Assembly (NCBI GenBank): GCA_050575255.1
Contig: JBNZDD010013732.1
Coordinates: forward strand, 10,975,134-11,039,133
DNA from: Harriotta raleighana
Lineage: Eukaryota
DNA: 64,000 bases
Direction: 5' to 3'
Shown here: positions 1-13,586 of the stretch, piece after piece
Layout: the number at the start of each line of letters is the position of its first letter
How positions within the stretch are numbered: the first letter of the stretch is position 1
The notes under the pieces: model-generated
The model's input: only the letters and a program-made list of their open reading frames with translations
Databases searched by the model: none
Told to the model about the DNA's origin: nothing
Translations under genes and position numbers: made by a program

Positions 1-505
1 TTGTTGTTGTTGTTGTTGTTACATTGGCAATACCCTGTCATAACATATTCTACATCGTTTTTTATCTTACCAAGAAGCTTTGTGATTTAACATTCACCCA
101 TTTCTTCTCTTGTAAATTGAACAAAAGTGTGATGTTGGCAGTCTGGCACTTTAATACTGTATATGCTGCACTGGATATGGGTGCCAGTGAATCCACATTT
201 ATAACAAACTGAAAACATAATTAAAAATTCATATTGCCTAACCTTTTATGCTTTTATTTTTAACCTTTGATTAATTTCTAAAATTAACTTGGAATTTTTA
301 ATGCACGTTTCTGGCATTCAAATACAGGAATGCAAAATCAATCAGATACTGTATTGTATTTGATACACCTCTGTTGGTCAGAACTCTGAGGCAGAGTTTC
401 CGGACTGACTGTGTTTGGTTGAGATGCACTGATTTACCTATTAAGCCATTAAATAGACCTTGGTTAGAGCATCATGTCCGGTTTTGGTTACCCCACGTTA
501 GAAAG

Positions 506-808
506 AATAATAATAATCTTTGCATTTGATATAGCGCTTTTCACATCTTAACAACATCTCAAAGCATTTCACAGAATATATTGTAAAGTGAATTGACTAT
601 ATTTGTGGCTGAAATGTGGCAGCCAATTGCGCACAGCAGTGTCCCACAAATACTCATGGATTGAAATGACCAATTTATTATTTTTTTGTAGGGATTATTA
701 TCAGGCGTGTGGAGTAATGAAACTTGGCCAAGGATTCACCCCACCTAGAATTGAACCCAGGTCTCTCACTTGTAAGGCGAATGCTCTAACCACTGAGCTA
801 CAGGCCAC
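506..808 (-). mobile_element. tRNA-derived SINE (abundant ~300-bp family), near full length
   Basis: Reverse complement has a tRNA-like head (A box GTAGCTCAGTGGTTAGAGC, B box GGTTCAATTC), body TGTGGGACACTGCTGTGCGCAATTGGCTGCC and an (ATT)n tail; the same sequence recurs many times in the window. Confidence 0.85.
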
Positions 809-929
809 GTCGATGATTGATGGGGAGAAATTATTTCCCCTCTTATTGGTGAATCAGAGACAAGAGAGCATTCATATAAGATAACTAGCAAAGGAAAATA
901 TTAGGATTGTTTTGACAATGAGATTTGTT

Positions 930-1170
930 ATGATTTGTTATGATATGGAACGCCCTACAGGGTTTGGCAGGATTCCTTTTGGCTTTAAATAAGGAACTAA
1001 ACACAAGGATTAACAAATGCAAGGAATATTTTTAGAGACAGATTTCTAAAAAGGAATCAATTGCAGGAGCATTGGGAAATGGAAGATGAATTGGACTGAA
1101 TGCATTGTTGTCTCAAAGAGCCAGAACAAGGAATGATGGGAATCTTCTGGGTTAATTTATAGTGTTCTCG
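930..1170 (+). mobile_element. Degraded CR1 LINE 3' end
   Basis: Resembles the clearer CR1 tails at 5262-5400 and 53855-54238 (AAAGAGCCAG...GATGGG). Confidence 0.5.
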
Positions 1171-1669
1171 TGACATGTAAGGCGCTATATAAATGTAATT
1201 TTGTTGTTGTTGTTCTGCAATATCAAATCTTGTGCTGTTTTTTAACAAGTAAATTAGAAAGCTATTCTTCAGCACATTCAATATTACATCAATTTGATAC
1301 CTGCAAGATTCTTATGAAGATATCAATTAAGAAATACCCTCCAAATATACCTTCAAAATAGTACTGTAGAGTGACAACATGCAAATATGCTCTTTGCTGC
1401 AGACTGTGTTTAAGCTGCACAGAGAATGCTCTGCAGTCCCATCAGTGACTTCAGTCAATCACCCATTAATGCTTATGCAGGTACAGTAAATGGTTTGTGG
1501 AATATATTGTCCAACCAATGTATTGGGCTTTAAAAATAAGAATCTGTGTTACAATAACTTGCAAATATACACTGCCATTCACATAGAATAGAATCTTGTA
1601 GCCCTGCACAGTGGCAGGGTTGTGCACTGAGCAAGAGAGAAGTGAAGGGGAGGGGATTATAGGCACTGT

Positions 1670-2080
1670 CAAAAAATAGAGCTTCATCACGTCGTAGAGA
1701 TATCTCAAAGCATTAAACACAGAACATACTGTATAGTGGCTTGACTGTGTATTTTGTGGGCAAGTACCAGATGGCCAATTGTACACAGCAATGTCCCACA
1801 AACAGCCATGGAGTGAGTGATTAATTTTTTGTGGGGGAATTTGTTAGCCAAAACCCCCTTCTCTCTTCAAATGGTGCAATGGGATCTTTAAAGTTCATCT
1901 TTAAACAAACAGGCAGTACAAATCATTTAACATCTCATGACGACACCTCCACAATGCAACACTCCCAGCATTGCACTGAATGTCACCTTAATCTATGTGA
2001 TTCCAAATCAAGACATGGATTTTCAATCCACAACCTTCTGATTTATAGACAAGAATGCCCTTACTGAGCCAGGTTGACAC
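1670..2080 (-). mobile_element. Deu-domain SINE (SacSINE1/AmnSINE-like)
   Basis: Reverse complement has a tRNA-like head, the Deu core (ATGAGATGTTAAA...AAAGATCCCATTGCACCATTTGAAGAGAAG) and a TGTGGGACATTGCTGTG segment. Confidence 0.7.
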
Positions 2081-2749
2081 ACAAAAGGTGGAATTTAAAT
2101 ACAAAAAGGGAGACGGAGTGGCAGAGACAGTATGACAAGACTTTATTGAACTCCTTTATGGGAAAAAAAACTCCAGACATCAAACACGAAGGAAAAAAAA
2201 GTTGTCCTTTGCCAACTTCTCACATTCGACAGTCTACCATTTTTCCTGATATTAAATATATTCTCTTGCCTCAGTCCGAGTCACGGCATGCACAGGTTTA
2301 CAGCACAACTGTGTTCACTCTGACCTCATCCACCACCGCACCTAAATTTGTTCAATAAGAAAACCAATAGGATCTTCCAAAATTTGGATGGATTATTCAC
2401 TGAATGAAAGTGCACTGGTGGTAGTGAGATGCCCATATTCAATGAATAATCTGCTTTATTCCCTCCAAAACCACTTTCAGCACAGGGCCAAACCCCACGC
2501 TCAGCAAACTGGTTAAGGATAGAAACACTTTCAACAGCAATTGGCTTTTGGCCCATGAATAAGTGAAGAAAGAAAGTCTCAAAACAAATCAATACATAAA
2601 ACTCTCCATGTCGCACTTCCTTCCTGCGCAAGCAATTAATCACCAGCATTGTATAGAAAAGCAATACATGAGTTAAAGCCAACCCACAACAGGCATTAAA
2701 AAAGAACTGGATGCCAAAATTCAACAGATATTTCTAGATTTTCAAGTCT

Positions 2750-3070
2750 GCACAGAGTTATGGCACTGATATAGTGCTGGGGGAGCGTCCTTCAAATGAG
2801 CTGTTAAAATTAGGTCCCGTTCGTCTGTTCAGACGCTCGTTAAAGATCCCATAGCACAATTTTAATAAAGAAGGGAGCTTCTCCCAGTGTCCTGGCCAAC
2901 AGCTCCCCAAATAAAATTGGTCATTCACTTGATGGCTATTCGAGGGACATTGTTGTACGCAAATTGGCTGCCACTTTCACATATAAAATTAAGTCACTGA
3001 ACTTTATACTTAATCCTCTGATATGCTTTGAAAAATCTCAATAGTGTGATAAGGCACAATATCAAATGCA
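2750..3070 (+). mobile_element. Deu-domain SINE, 5'-truncated
   Basis: TTAAAGATCCCATAGCAC...CTCCCAGTGTCCTGGCCAAC...AAATTGGCTGCC, followed by the shared 3' tail. Confidence 0.7.
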
Positions 3071-3677
3071 AAAAAAAATCAATTATCTCATTAATTAATT
3101 ATTGTTCCCCCAAAATTGACCTGCTCCAGTTCACAAACTCACCAGACTGTGGTTTCCAGGGTCACCTTAAAGTGAAGACTACATTAAGCAATGTTTGCAG
3201 AGCTACAAGCATATGCAATCATAACACTTGGCTCTGTTTCATTCCCAGTTAAACTGTGAAGCAGCTTGCTCAGATGTAAATAGAAACACAGAATCAATTC
3301 CACACTCTAACCAGTGCCTCCTCAAACCGCCCGCCACTGCTCAATGTCCTTCAGGAATCCGATCTAAATCCCATCACTGTGAAGTCATCAAACAACATTA
3401 AGGTGTCAGAATTTAATGGCCTTTTAAAAGCCACTTATTGACCAATTCACTATTACGACACTGACAAAACACATTGTACGGTAATTTTAAATCTCCAAGG
3501 TCAATGACAGTGAGTTCCTGATTGATCCAAGTCAGAAATTAAATCCATTGCACAATTTGTTTGGCACTTTGGGTCACGGAATTGGATTCTGTGCATTTAA
3601 TCTTTGAACTTCAAGCCTAAAGCTCATACAGCAATATTACAGTTCACATGGCGGGTGGTTTAAAGCACATATTATCA

Positions 3678-3985
3678 CAACAACAACAACAACAAAATTA
3701 CATTTATAGAGTGCCTTTCATGACGGGAGAACATCCCAAGGAGCTGAACAACCAGGTCTGGACTGGAGCAGGTGGGTGGTCGTAGTAGGGGGAAGGGGTA
3801 AGAGAGGGGGAAGAGTTAGATGGGGAGCAGAAGGCACGGTCAAAGAGGAAGATCTTGAGACTGCCCTTGAAGGAGGAAAGGGAGAAGGTGAGGTGAAGGG
3901 ATTGCGAAATGGAATTAAATAGTGTGGGAGCAGAGAGGCTAAAAGCCCAGCTACCGATGTTAGGGTAGTTAGGGCGCTGGATCAC
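3678..3985 (-). mobile_element. L2 LINE 3' fragment
   Basis: ORF 3704-3985 (IGSWAFSLSAPTLFNSISQSLH...SFKGSLKIFLF) is the L2 ORF2 C-terminus; (TTG)n tail. Confidence 0.85.
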
Positions 3986-5261
3986 AGGTATAGCTCAGAT
4001 TCTCATGTCTACCCTACCCACAATACACAGTCACAAAACACTTTACAGTGCATCCTGTGCAGATGTCCTCATGATGTGAAAGGCAGGCAGGGTGGTCATT
4101 GTTGGACAGGTAGTGATACTTCTGCATTATTCCTGCAGCATTGGAAGCCTTGAAGTGAACTAAAGTCTGACATTTCCACCTACCTGTCAACACTATCTTC
4201 CTATGCAGACTGCATGTTAACTGTATTTTTTACCCCGGTGGAACAAACATCTCAACTTCTAATTGTAGCTAAATGAAAAGTATTGTGTGCAAACTGGCTG
4301 CTGAATTTGCCCGCAAAATATAGTCAATCCAATTCACGGTATATACTGTGAAGCACTTTGACACGTCTTGAAGATGTGCAAAACTGCTGTGTCAAATGCA
4401 TGAATTGTTATTATTATTACTGGCAATGAAAATCCATCAAGCATAACCAAAGTCAAGCTGTGAAAGTGATAAGCACAGTGCACAGAATCCAAGGAGTCCC
4501 AAGTAGCCAAGGCTTTAAACCGTGGGCTAGAAAGTAGATTTTTATACCATCATAACATTTTCCGCAGCTTAATCTGACTGCATTAGCTCCAGATAATAGT
4601 TGTTATCTAATGATTGAGTCAGAGGACTAGGCAAGCCTGGGATCCCAAATAAAATTCAAGTTGGTTTGCGTCTGGGTCAAACAGATAAGTAGTTTAATTT
4701 AAGACTTTGGGCAAATGCTGTTCTGACCTGGACGCCCAGAGGTGCACACAAGACACACTCTGTGAGCTCAACCATTAGCATCACCGGCAATATGTGAGCA
4801 ATTGAATGTGTGTAAACATGACACATAGCTTTGTTCCCAATAACAAGTTTATTTCTAGCTGTAGACTGACCCAGGCCTCGGGAATCTGGATGCAATCCAA
4901 CACTGCCATGCCTTCAACACTAGTCACCAAAGGTGCCAGGTGTTCAAGGCTGGTCAACAAAAGTGCCAGGTACACAAAGCTGGCTTGTCAGGATGGGACA
5001 CCTGACCAGTCTAGACAAACACATTCGCAAACATTCTCAGCTGAGACATCACAAATACCTACCTCAGCGTATTAAAGCCTCTGGAGAGCACAGCACCATC
5101 TCTGTGACAATGCACAGCCTCCACATAACAGAAATGTGTAAATGTTTGTGTTCATTCACTTTCCTTAGATATTGGAGCACAGTCACTGTGCCAAAGACCC
5201 TCGAAGCAACTCTCATTGTTAAGTTTGTGTTTAAAAAGAAATAAAACAACAAAAGAGAGAT

Positions 5262-5400
5262 AGACATTTATTCAGGGAGGATGGGCTTGCACAGTTATGG
5301 GGAGAGAGCTGGGGAGCGGGATTAAATTGCTCTTTTTAAAGAGCCAGCCCAGACTCGATGGGCCGAATGGCCTGCTTTTGTGCCATAAGATTCTATGATT
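5262..5400 (+). mobile_element. CR1 LINE 3' end
   Basis: AAAGAGCCAGCCCAGACTCGATGGGCCGAATGGCCTGCTTTTGTGCCATAAGATTCTATGATT is a typical CR1 terminus. Confidence 0.8.
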
Positions 5401-5401
5401 A

Positions 5402-5790
5402 TAACAACAATTTGTAAAGCACTTTTCATGTCAGGAGGACGTCCCAAGGCGCTAGACAGTCAGGAATTTGGACCTGAGCAGGAATTTGGAAACAGAAGGT
5501 TGAAATCAGGTAGAGCACAGGGAGAGTAGGAGGGTGACCAAAGGTGTGGTCGAAAAGGACATTCTTGAGATATGCCTTGAAGGAGGCAAGGAAGGGAGCA
5601 AGACAAAGGGGTTTGGAATTAAGTTTAAACAGAGAAGTTAATGGCCCGACTGACGATTGTAGGGCAGGCCAAGTGGGGGACGTGGACTAGGCTGTTTAGA
5701 GGAGGGAGCAGAGAGGTTGATATGGAGTTAGCAGGTCACAGAGGTCTGAAGGGACAAGGCTGTGGAGGGATTTCAAGCCAGTAGAACCGG
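5402..5790 (-). mobile_element. L2 LINE 3' fragment
   Basis: Same tail (TTTCATGTCAGGAGGACGTCCCAAGG) and GCCTTGAAGGAGG segment as the L2 at 56355-56584. Confidence 0.75.
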
Positions 5791-6699
5791 GTGGGGGTGA
5801 TAGGTAAATGTAAAACATATGAGCATCACAAGCATCACATCATCTGGATGTCTCAAAGCATTTCATCGGATTTTACTGTGAAGTGCAGTTACTCTGTATT
5901 TTCTAGGCGAAAGGCACAGTCAATTTGCATCCAGCGATACAATATGCCTCAAACAGCTGTGAAGTGAACCATCAATTTTATTTGGGGGATTATTGGGACG
6001 ATCTATTCCTCGATGCTTGAGCCAAGGTTTAAGTGGATTTACAGTGGCCCTGTGATGAATATGGCTGAACAGCAGATTTTCTGACCACAAATCAGGGCGT
6101 TAACATCAAACCTTTCAACAGAGTGAAAAGGTTGGAGGAGCTGCCAAAATAAACAGGTTGGGAAACTGTCCTTTTTTCAGCTAAAACCTTTCAGACACAA
6201 GAGTTTGTCTCATGTCAAGGATCAGAGAGCGAGGGGGAAAATAAAATATACGCACAATGCTGACAGTCGTCCCATTGGTGTAAAAATTGCTCCCGTCTTG
6301 TGTCTCCTGCAGTTTAAGGAAAACACTGGGGAGTCTATTATACCCTGATCGCTTAAAAGAGATCTCTTTTCATTCAGACTTCACAATAAGCCGTGGCAGT
6401 GCTACTGTGGTTCCAGTGCTTTAGCAGAGCCTCTGCAATTCTCAGGCACCACAAAAACATGCACAGATGTTGCTTTTGCTGCCATTTATACAACCATTCA
6501 TTCTCATTCTTCACTGTCAGTACATTTCAGTGTATCCTATGAAGCGCGTTGAGACATCCACTCCCTCACCATGTGAAAGACGCTAAATGGAAGGATTTAT
6601 TATTAATAGAGATTCTACCACCACAATGAACCAGCATCCTTAAACAAAAACATTTGTTGGTCGAAAGGAAACCATTTGTTAGACAATTGGTGATCACTT

Positions 6700-7165
6700 T
6701 CCAAGGATAATAATCCCTTCTCAAAACCCCCCAATAATTTGGTGTCTCAATGCATGACTGTTTGTGGGACATTGCTGTGTGCAATTGGCTTCTGCATTTC
6801 GCCCATAAATATACAGTCAATATACATAACAGTAATCCCCCTATCAACCTGTTCACTCTGGCCTGCTCCATGTCTCCACCCGACCAGCCTTAGCTTTGGC
6901 GGCTGGGCTTTCAGCCTCTCTACCCCTACCCAGTTTTAGAACTCCATCCCATGATCCCTTTGCCTTGCTTCCTCCCTCGCCTTCTTCAAGGCACAACTCA
7001 AGACCCTCTTTTTCAAAGGTGCCTTCAGGCGCCTTCTTATCTCTGACCCCCTCCCTCAGGCCAACCCTGCCCCCCCCACCCAAACTCAAGCCCTGATCCC
7101 CGATTGTTCCGTGGCTTCACACGTCCTCCCAAAATGAAAAGCAGTTTGCAAATTTTGTTGTTATA
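6700..7165 (+). mobile_element. SINE 3' body followed by L2 3' fragment
   Basis: SINE core at 6755-6822, then L2 ORF2 end (FGGWAFSLSTP; ...TTCAAGGCACAACTCAAGACC) and tail. Confidence 0.7.
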
Positions 7166-7959
7166 AATTCAGTGACGCGCTTTGAGATGTTTCAACGACA
7201 CGATAATGTGCTCTATCAAAAGCAAGTATTGTCTTATTATTATCATTAATATTATCTTGCAATTATGTCATGAGGTGAGTCACCTAAGTTATTACACAAA
7301 TTAACAAGAAGGACAGTATCCAAACTCTGCATAGATAAACTGTCTTTCTGGTCCTTTGACCAAACAAGGCAGCACCGAGTTCAATTACCCCCATTCCCCC
7401 CTCCCAGAAAACAGGAAGAGCTATTGAGCGTATTGTTTTGAACTGTGGAGCTGCTTTGAGCAACACCACAAACAGAAACAAAGGGCAAGCTGGGCGGGCA
7501 CTTTTTTTTACGTGAAGGTTTAACTTCTCCCAAAAAATGTGGATGACCCACCCCCAACCCCTCTCCACATGGCATCGAGCTGGCTTGTAACAACAGCACC
7601 ATATGTTCTGGACACCCAGAATGAAAAAAATAACCATTACACGTCTTCTTATATTCTTGTAACTTATCTCTTTAATCTCACTTGCAGTCACCACCCTCTT
7701 CTCCCTTGCTCTGCATCCAACCCCACCACTAAGCAGCGCTCTGAAACGCTGTCCGGCGTGAAGGGCGCGATATAAAGGTAAGCTGTGCTTGTTGATTATT
7801 GGTCCAAGCCACTGCACAGGTTCATTAATCTCTATCCTGTTAGTCACAGTTGGTTGTATTCCTTCCAGGGGCTGATAAATGATCACATTGTTTGCTTCTG
7901 ATCGTGCAATGCTATTACACTTTGGTAGGTAACTGGTGTCAAGCAAGGCGAGTTTGTAT

Positions 7960-8300
7960 TAGAAGGCAAATGCAGCAGACAATTTGCACACAAAAAGGTC
8001 TCGGAGACAGTTGTGAAGTGATTTACCTATTTATCAAGAGGATTGTTGGCCAAGTCACTGCAAACATTTCTCTTCTCTTTTTGAATAGTGTCATGGGATT
8101 TCTCGACAGATGGATAGGATAGAATATCAGATGAATGTCTTAGCCGAAGGATGATACCTCTGACAATGCAAGGCTCTCCCCTCTGCCATGGTGGAGACTG
8201 TATATGTAGACTGTATAAGCTCACACATCCTAAGGTGGAACTTGAATTCAGAACCTTCCGACTAATAAGCATTGGTGTTTCTGACTGAACCAGGCTGAAC
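7960..8300 (-). mobile_element. Deu-domain SINE, degraded
   Basis: GAGGATTGTTGGCCAAG...GTCATGGGAT...ACCTCTGACAATGCA...CTGACTGAACCA matches the other Deu-SINE copies. Confidence 0.65.
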
Positions 8301-10169
8301 CTCGCAATTAATATTCACAAAGATCTTTTCTCAATTTATTCCTGATCATTTATGGAGCTAAACCTTTCGAAGTGTATAAAGAAGACTAAAGTATTTCCCA
8401 GCTGACTGTGATCTCAAGGCCTGACTTGTGGGTGGGAACTTGTGACCCCAAAAAGCAGGAGGATGAGTAATGAGCAGCAGCATCCAAACATGAGCAAGAA
8501 ACAAAAGGCTCTAAAGTTACAATAAATATTTAAGGGTGATGGCCAGCTGACATTTTTACTGTTGTCGGCATCCTTTGTTGTGATAGCTCCAGACCACCCA
8601 GAGTGTACTGTACAGAACATGCTGATATCCCATTGAGGGTCTGATTGCCCTTTCTACACTTGTCAGGCTGCGAAGTAGAAGGTGATGGTCAAAGAATTTT
8701 TTACGGGGCAAATTGGCAACCACATGGAAAAGCTGGACAGAAGCCATTGCAAACTGTTACAATGGCGATCCCATTATCGATGAACCATTCACATTCCCTC
8801 CACTGTCATCGGACACCACTGCTTCGGGAACCCTTTCAAATGTTAAACAGCCTTCTGATGCATCTGAAATTGTTTCAGCTGAACACAGCTTCTGCTTTAT
8901 ACCAAGAATCGCATTGCAATATTGCATTGTTTTACAGTCTGAATGGCTCAGTGAAGGAAGCTGTCGGCTCCTTCCTGGAATCAGGCTCAAACCAGGACTC
9001 GGGCTGGTGGCAACTCTCACTCTCACTCAAGTACAGCCTCAAGCTGGGGCGGCACTTTTAAATGAAACTGCGGGAACAAAGAGGGTTTGTGATCGAATCC
9101 CCATAGGCTAACTTTCAGTTCTTAAAGGAGGAACAAACCATGATCACACATTACAATGATTATAGGATCGCACTTGCAACAGTTGCGTTTGTGATATGGA
9201 CCACACGACAGGAACTAATATGATCACACATCAGGCCCACCCTCCGGTCATATCAGAGCTCAACAATCAATAGGACACAGCACAACTTGAGGACTGCCCT
9301 TGATCTGTGTATTAAAAATTACTACCAGCAGAACACCTGCACAAATGTGAATCGATGATTCCAATCTCCAACTTCCATGGTTGTGAATTCCACTCAATAT
9401 ATTGTACAATAAACACTCAATTTCGGATGTACTTAGAACGGGAACTCTGTCATTATACAAATCGTTTACACAAGATTGAAACAAGTAAATGACACACACC
9501 CGACAAGGGAGTTTTCCCCTTTATCTGAAGCGTCAAAAGGTGACAAAATGCACCATCATAATAGTCCTGGCACCTTCAGCTCAGGTACGGGAACATATGC
9601 ACATTTATTCAGGTCTCTGAATTCTACTTTGCTTCAATTCTGCACAATATGCTATTTAGAACCACAGTGTTGCACTGAAGAGAGATAACCTTTAAATCAG
9701 CATGTTTGAATGGCCTTCAGCAGCATTAACCCCATGCATCAAAAACTAAATTGTGTTCTACAGTATTTCACAATGGTGTTTTGAAAGCTCTTCCCCAGAA
9801 CTGTGTTTGCTTCTCGAATTTTGCTGGGATTGTTTCTAACACTGTTAAAGATGTAAAATTGCCTTGTTATTTTACCAGACATGTACCATTTCTGTTATGT
9901 GTGGAAATTCCAGCCGAGTGATTCAGTGGAACTCATTAGTTTGCTTAATAGGCTTTACTTCAATTCTGCAGCTATTTCATTAAAATGCTCAGAGTTTCAT
10001 AATTGTTAATCAACTTGGACGGTGAATGATAAATACATTTTAAAGAGATTCTATTTAATGTATGAGTGTTTTAGAGCACCAAAACATCTCAAAGTACTTT
10101 CACAATGACTTATTTAATTTTTAATATAAGCAAACTGCAACTTGTCTTTCACTTCATCCAACCAATTTG

Positions 10170-10610
10170 GAGTCTCATAGCATCATAGTTAGCATAGTCG
10201 CCTTACAAGCGAGAAGACCCAGATTTGATTCCCAGGCAGGATTAAACCTGAGGCAAGTATCGTTATTCCATATACCTCTGTTTACCTAGCAGTAAATAGG
10301 AACCAATAATAATAATGATCCTTGCATTTGATGTAACATTTTTCATCTCTTCTAGACATATAAAAGTGCTTCACAAAGTATACTGTTAAGTGAATTGACT
10401 CTACATTTTGTTGGCGAAACGCGGCAGCTGATTAACAGCAGTATCCCACAGTTGATTGGTGGATGGCTTTCCAGGGAAAATAATCCCTCCCAAAAAAATT
10501 TGGTCACTCTAATTGATTGCTATGTTTCCCCCACAATCCAATTTACACTATATTCTGTGAAGTACTTTGAGGCATCTCAGCAAAGTGATATCAAATGCAA
10601 GAATTTTTTT
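10170..10610. mobile_element. Cluster of SINE fragments (head +, 3' half -, tail +)
   Basis: tRNA-like head GCCTTACAAGCGAGA at about 10200; AATAATGATCCTTGCATTTG minus-strand tail at about 10310; plus-strand tail at about 10540-10605. Confidence 0.65.
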
Positions 10611-10621
10611 TAAATTTCATA

Positions 10622-10830
10622 CAATCAATCAATCAATCAATAATTACTTTTATATAGCACCCTTCACATCGGCAGGACGTCCCAAGGTGTTCAACAGTCA
10701 AATAGGGATCAGAGCTGGGGGAGTGGTCGAGGGAAGGAAAGTAGAAAAATTGACTGTATACTTGTGGATGAAATGTGGCAGCCAAATTGCACACAGCAGT
10801 GTCCCACAAACAGTCATGGAGTGGGGTCAG
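10622..10830 (-). mobile_element. Chimeric SINE body plus L2-type 3' tail
   Basis: SINE core ...TATACAGTCAA is joined to a pyrimidine tract and the L2 tail CACCTTGGGACGTCCTGCCGATGTGAAGGGTGCTATATAAA, ending in (ATTG)n. Confidence 0.7.
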
Positions 10831-13586
10831 GGGAGAAAGGGGGAAAGATGACAAGGGGAGAGTAGAGTGAAGGTGTAGAGGGAAGGAGAGCAGGAAAAAC
10901 CAACTGTATACTGTACAACCAACAGTAAGAAGCTTGACCAAGGTAAATCTGGATTTGTTTTCAGTGGACTTGACTGAATAACGGCGAAACACAGACATTT
11001 CCCAGATTTTATTTGAAATATGCACAGGTGGGATGGGATCACCAAGCAAACAGGAACAAAAGATCTTGGATTAATGTTCCATCGAAAGTCACCTCCAACA
11101 CAGCTTTCTGCATCTACACTGGAGATATCAGCCTAAATTATGAAATTACATCCTGATGGAGGGCGTGAACCCTCAATTTTCCAATCCCAAGGCAAGAGTG
11201 TGACCAACTGATCCAGAGTGATATTGTTCTTCAAATGGCAGACATCAGTGTATCATCATCAATTGTGAGATGGTGTATTTGTTCCATGGGTCAATGGTGT
11301 TGGCTTGCAGACATTCATGAATTGAACTGCTAAATGTCTCCATAGTGACCTCTGTCAGCAGTGACACTGACATTCAGACCCACAGAATAAATCAAGTTAT
11401 AAAACTCTCATTGGTCGTAACGTTTGAGATAAATGTGCCGATTAACAGAAAAGACATTCACGCAGAACTGCACCAAGCAAATCACCAAGCGACTGACTTG
11501 CAACTCCTTCCATAAGTAGAGGTTCAAAAGACTTCATAAAGGATGAAAAGCTCAAATGGTTTGTGCATTTTAAATGAACCCAAAAGATTAAGAATGCTTT
11601 TTCAGAGCGACTCGTCCAGAAGCAATGCAAAAAGAGCATTTTGCCACCAATAGTCTTCGTCACTCTCGATTCGTCTCAATATCAGCACTCCAGGTACATC
11701 ACGGACACAGGTCACTGCTCCAAAGAAAGTGCTTTCTTTGTAAGCACTCTGAGACAATGCCCTTTTAAAGGGCACTTTATAAATGCACATTGTTGTTGTT
11801 GCCTGAGGTGCCAATAGAAAAATAAAATCTCTCAACATTTTTCTGGCCAGCCTGCACAGACACAGATCCTATAGGAAATTCCTCTGCTAGTCGTATATGT
11901 GCAATTTGATCCAGTACAACAGATGAACTAAAACAATCATAACAATAAGAATAATCATTGCATGTGGAATAGTGTTTCATGTCAGGAGGATCTCAAAGAG
12001 CTTCATAGGTTTACTGTAACATGCAGTGTGTTTGTTGAAAGCACTAAAAGCAATCCCAGGATTCATGTGTGTCAGACATTGATCAAAAATAATGAAATTG
12101 CAAAGCACTATGGATGTGTTTATAGGACAAAAGCTGATTGTTTAAACTTTCTAGTCGAGACAGCAAATAATCCGTAAAAGTTAGATGAGCTCACATCATG
12201 TCTGGTAAAAGTAAAAAAAAATAAGAATGGCCTAATCAAGGCAATCAGGAATACAGTATTAAGTTTTGCAGAAGCTGACTTTGCAGAAACAGGAACAAGG
12301 AGTCCAAAAAGGTCATCCAACAACAGGATAATAGAATGGTATCTTTAGCAAGGAATTGGAAGCAAGAGATTTGGGAATGGGAAATTTGAGAGATTTTTAT
12401 TTGTTGTGAATTGTACTAAATATGCGCATGCATTAGCTTTGACTGATTAACTGATTGTAACCTTCAATAACCTTGCTAATTCACATTAATAAACATCGAA
12501 TGTGACAGCCAATTTCAAAATAAGTTACTTTATGGCTTGAAATGATACAGAATCTTATCCACAAAAAAGCACTGACTTTCCTCCCAGGTATAGTGACCTG
12601 AATGCCATGCTCACCAAATCCGCAAAGGACTTCTTCATCTTTTCAAAAAGCTGTTATTTCCAGAGGGCAGTAAAGATTATCACAATATTGTAATAATAAG
12701 AAGAATAATAAGAATCCTTGCATTTGATATCTCACCACATCTTCTAGATGTCTCAAAGCACTTTGTGGAATATACTGGAACGTGAATTGACTGTGTATTT
12801 TGGGGCCCAAATAATGGTGGTTCCAGAGCACTGTGTTAGGATTTCTAAAACAAAATTGCCCTGAGCGCACCATTATTTATCAGACAAAGCGTGTGGGAGT
12901 GGATGGAAAAATTGATTTCCATCTAGTTGCTGAGCACCGTGTTTATTGACAGCCGATATTTAACCAGAAGGATCTCCTCGCTCCTTTCCCTTGAGACTCA
13001 GGAGAGAATGACAGAAAAATACTCACATTACACAATGCTTATTGCACATCAATCTTATCCACATTCTGTAATATGGCACACATCAGTATTTCACAATATT
13101 AATCCTAATCCAGGACTAAACTATTAGCACTACAACATTATTCTTAATCCATGTGTCTATTGAGAGGAGCTTTAGTCTGTAATATGAACCCAAACCCAAA
13201 CCAAATTGTTAGGATGTGTTTAACACTTTAATATCAACTCAAGTAATAATACTGTAATACTAATCCTTGCATTTGTTACAGAGCTTTATCACAACTTTGA
13301 GATGTGTCAAAGTGCTTCACAGAATATACTGTAAAGTGAATTCGCTGAACATTTTGTGCGCACAGCAGCTTTTAAATCCATGTTTCTATAAAGAGGATAT
13401 AGCTCCAGTAGTGTCACCTGGTCAGGTCTCTACTGTGGAGATAGCTTTACCACAAGGTTATTTGGAAAAACATGTTGGAATGGCAGAGTGAATGGCCTCC
13501 TGCAAAATTACAGTATTACACACATCTGCAAAAGATGTGTGGGTCTTTTCACCAGTGAGGTACACAAGAATGAAAAGATGTTATTT

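Noticed and set aside
7284-7946. 220-aa minus-strand ORF
   Set aside because: Partly antisense to an L2-type tail, with no protein motif or exon structure.
8414-9500. Overlapping ORFs up to 138 aa, including a signal-peptide-like MFGCCCSLLILLLFGVTSS stretch
   Set aside because: No recognisable domain, stops in all frames and no good splice donor after the hydrophobic stretch; consistent with chance.
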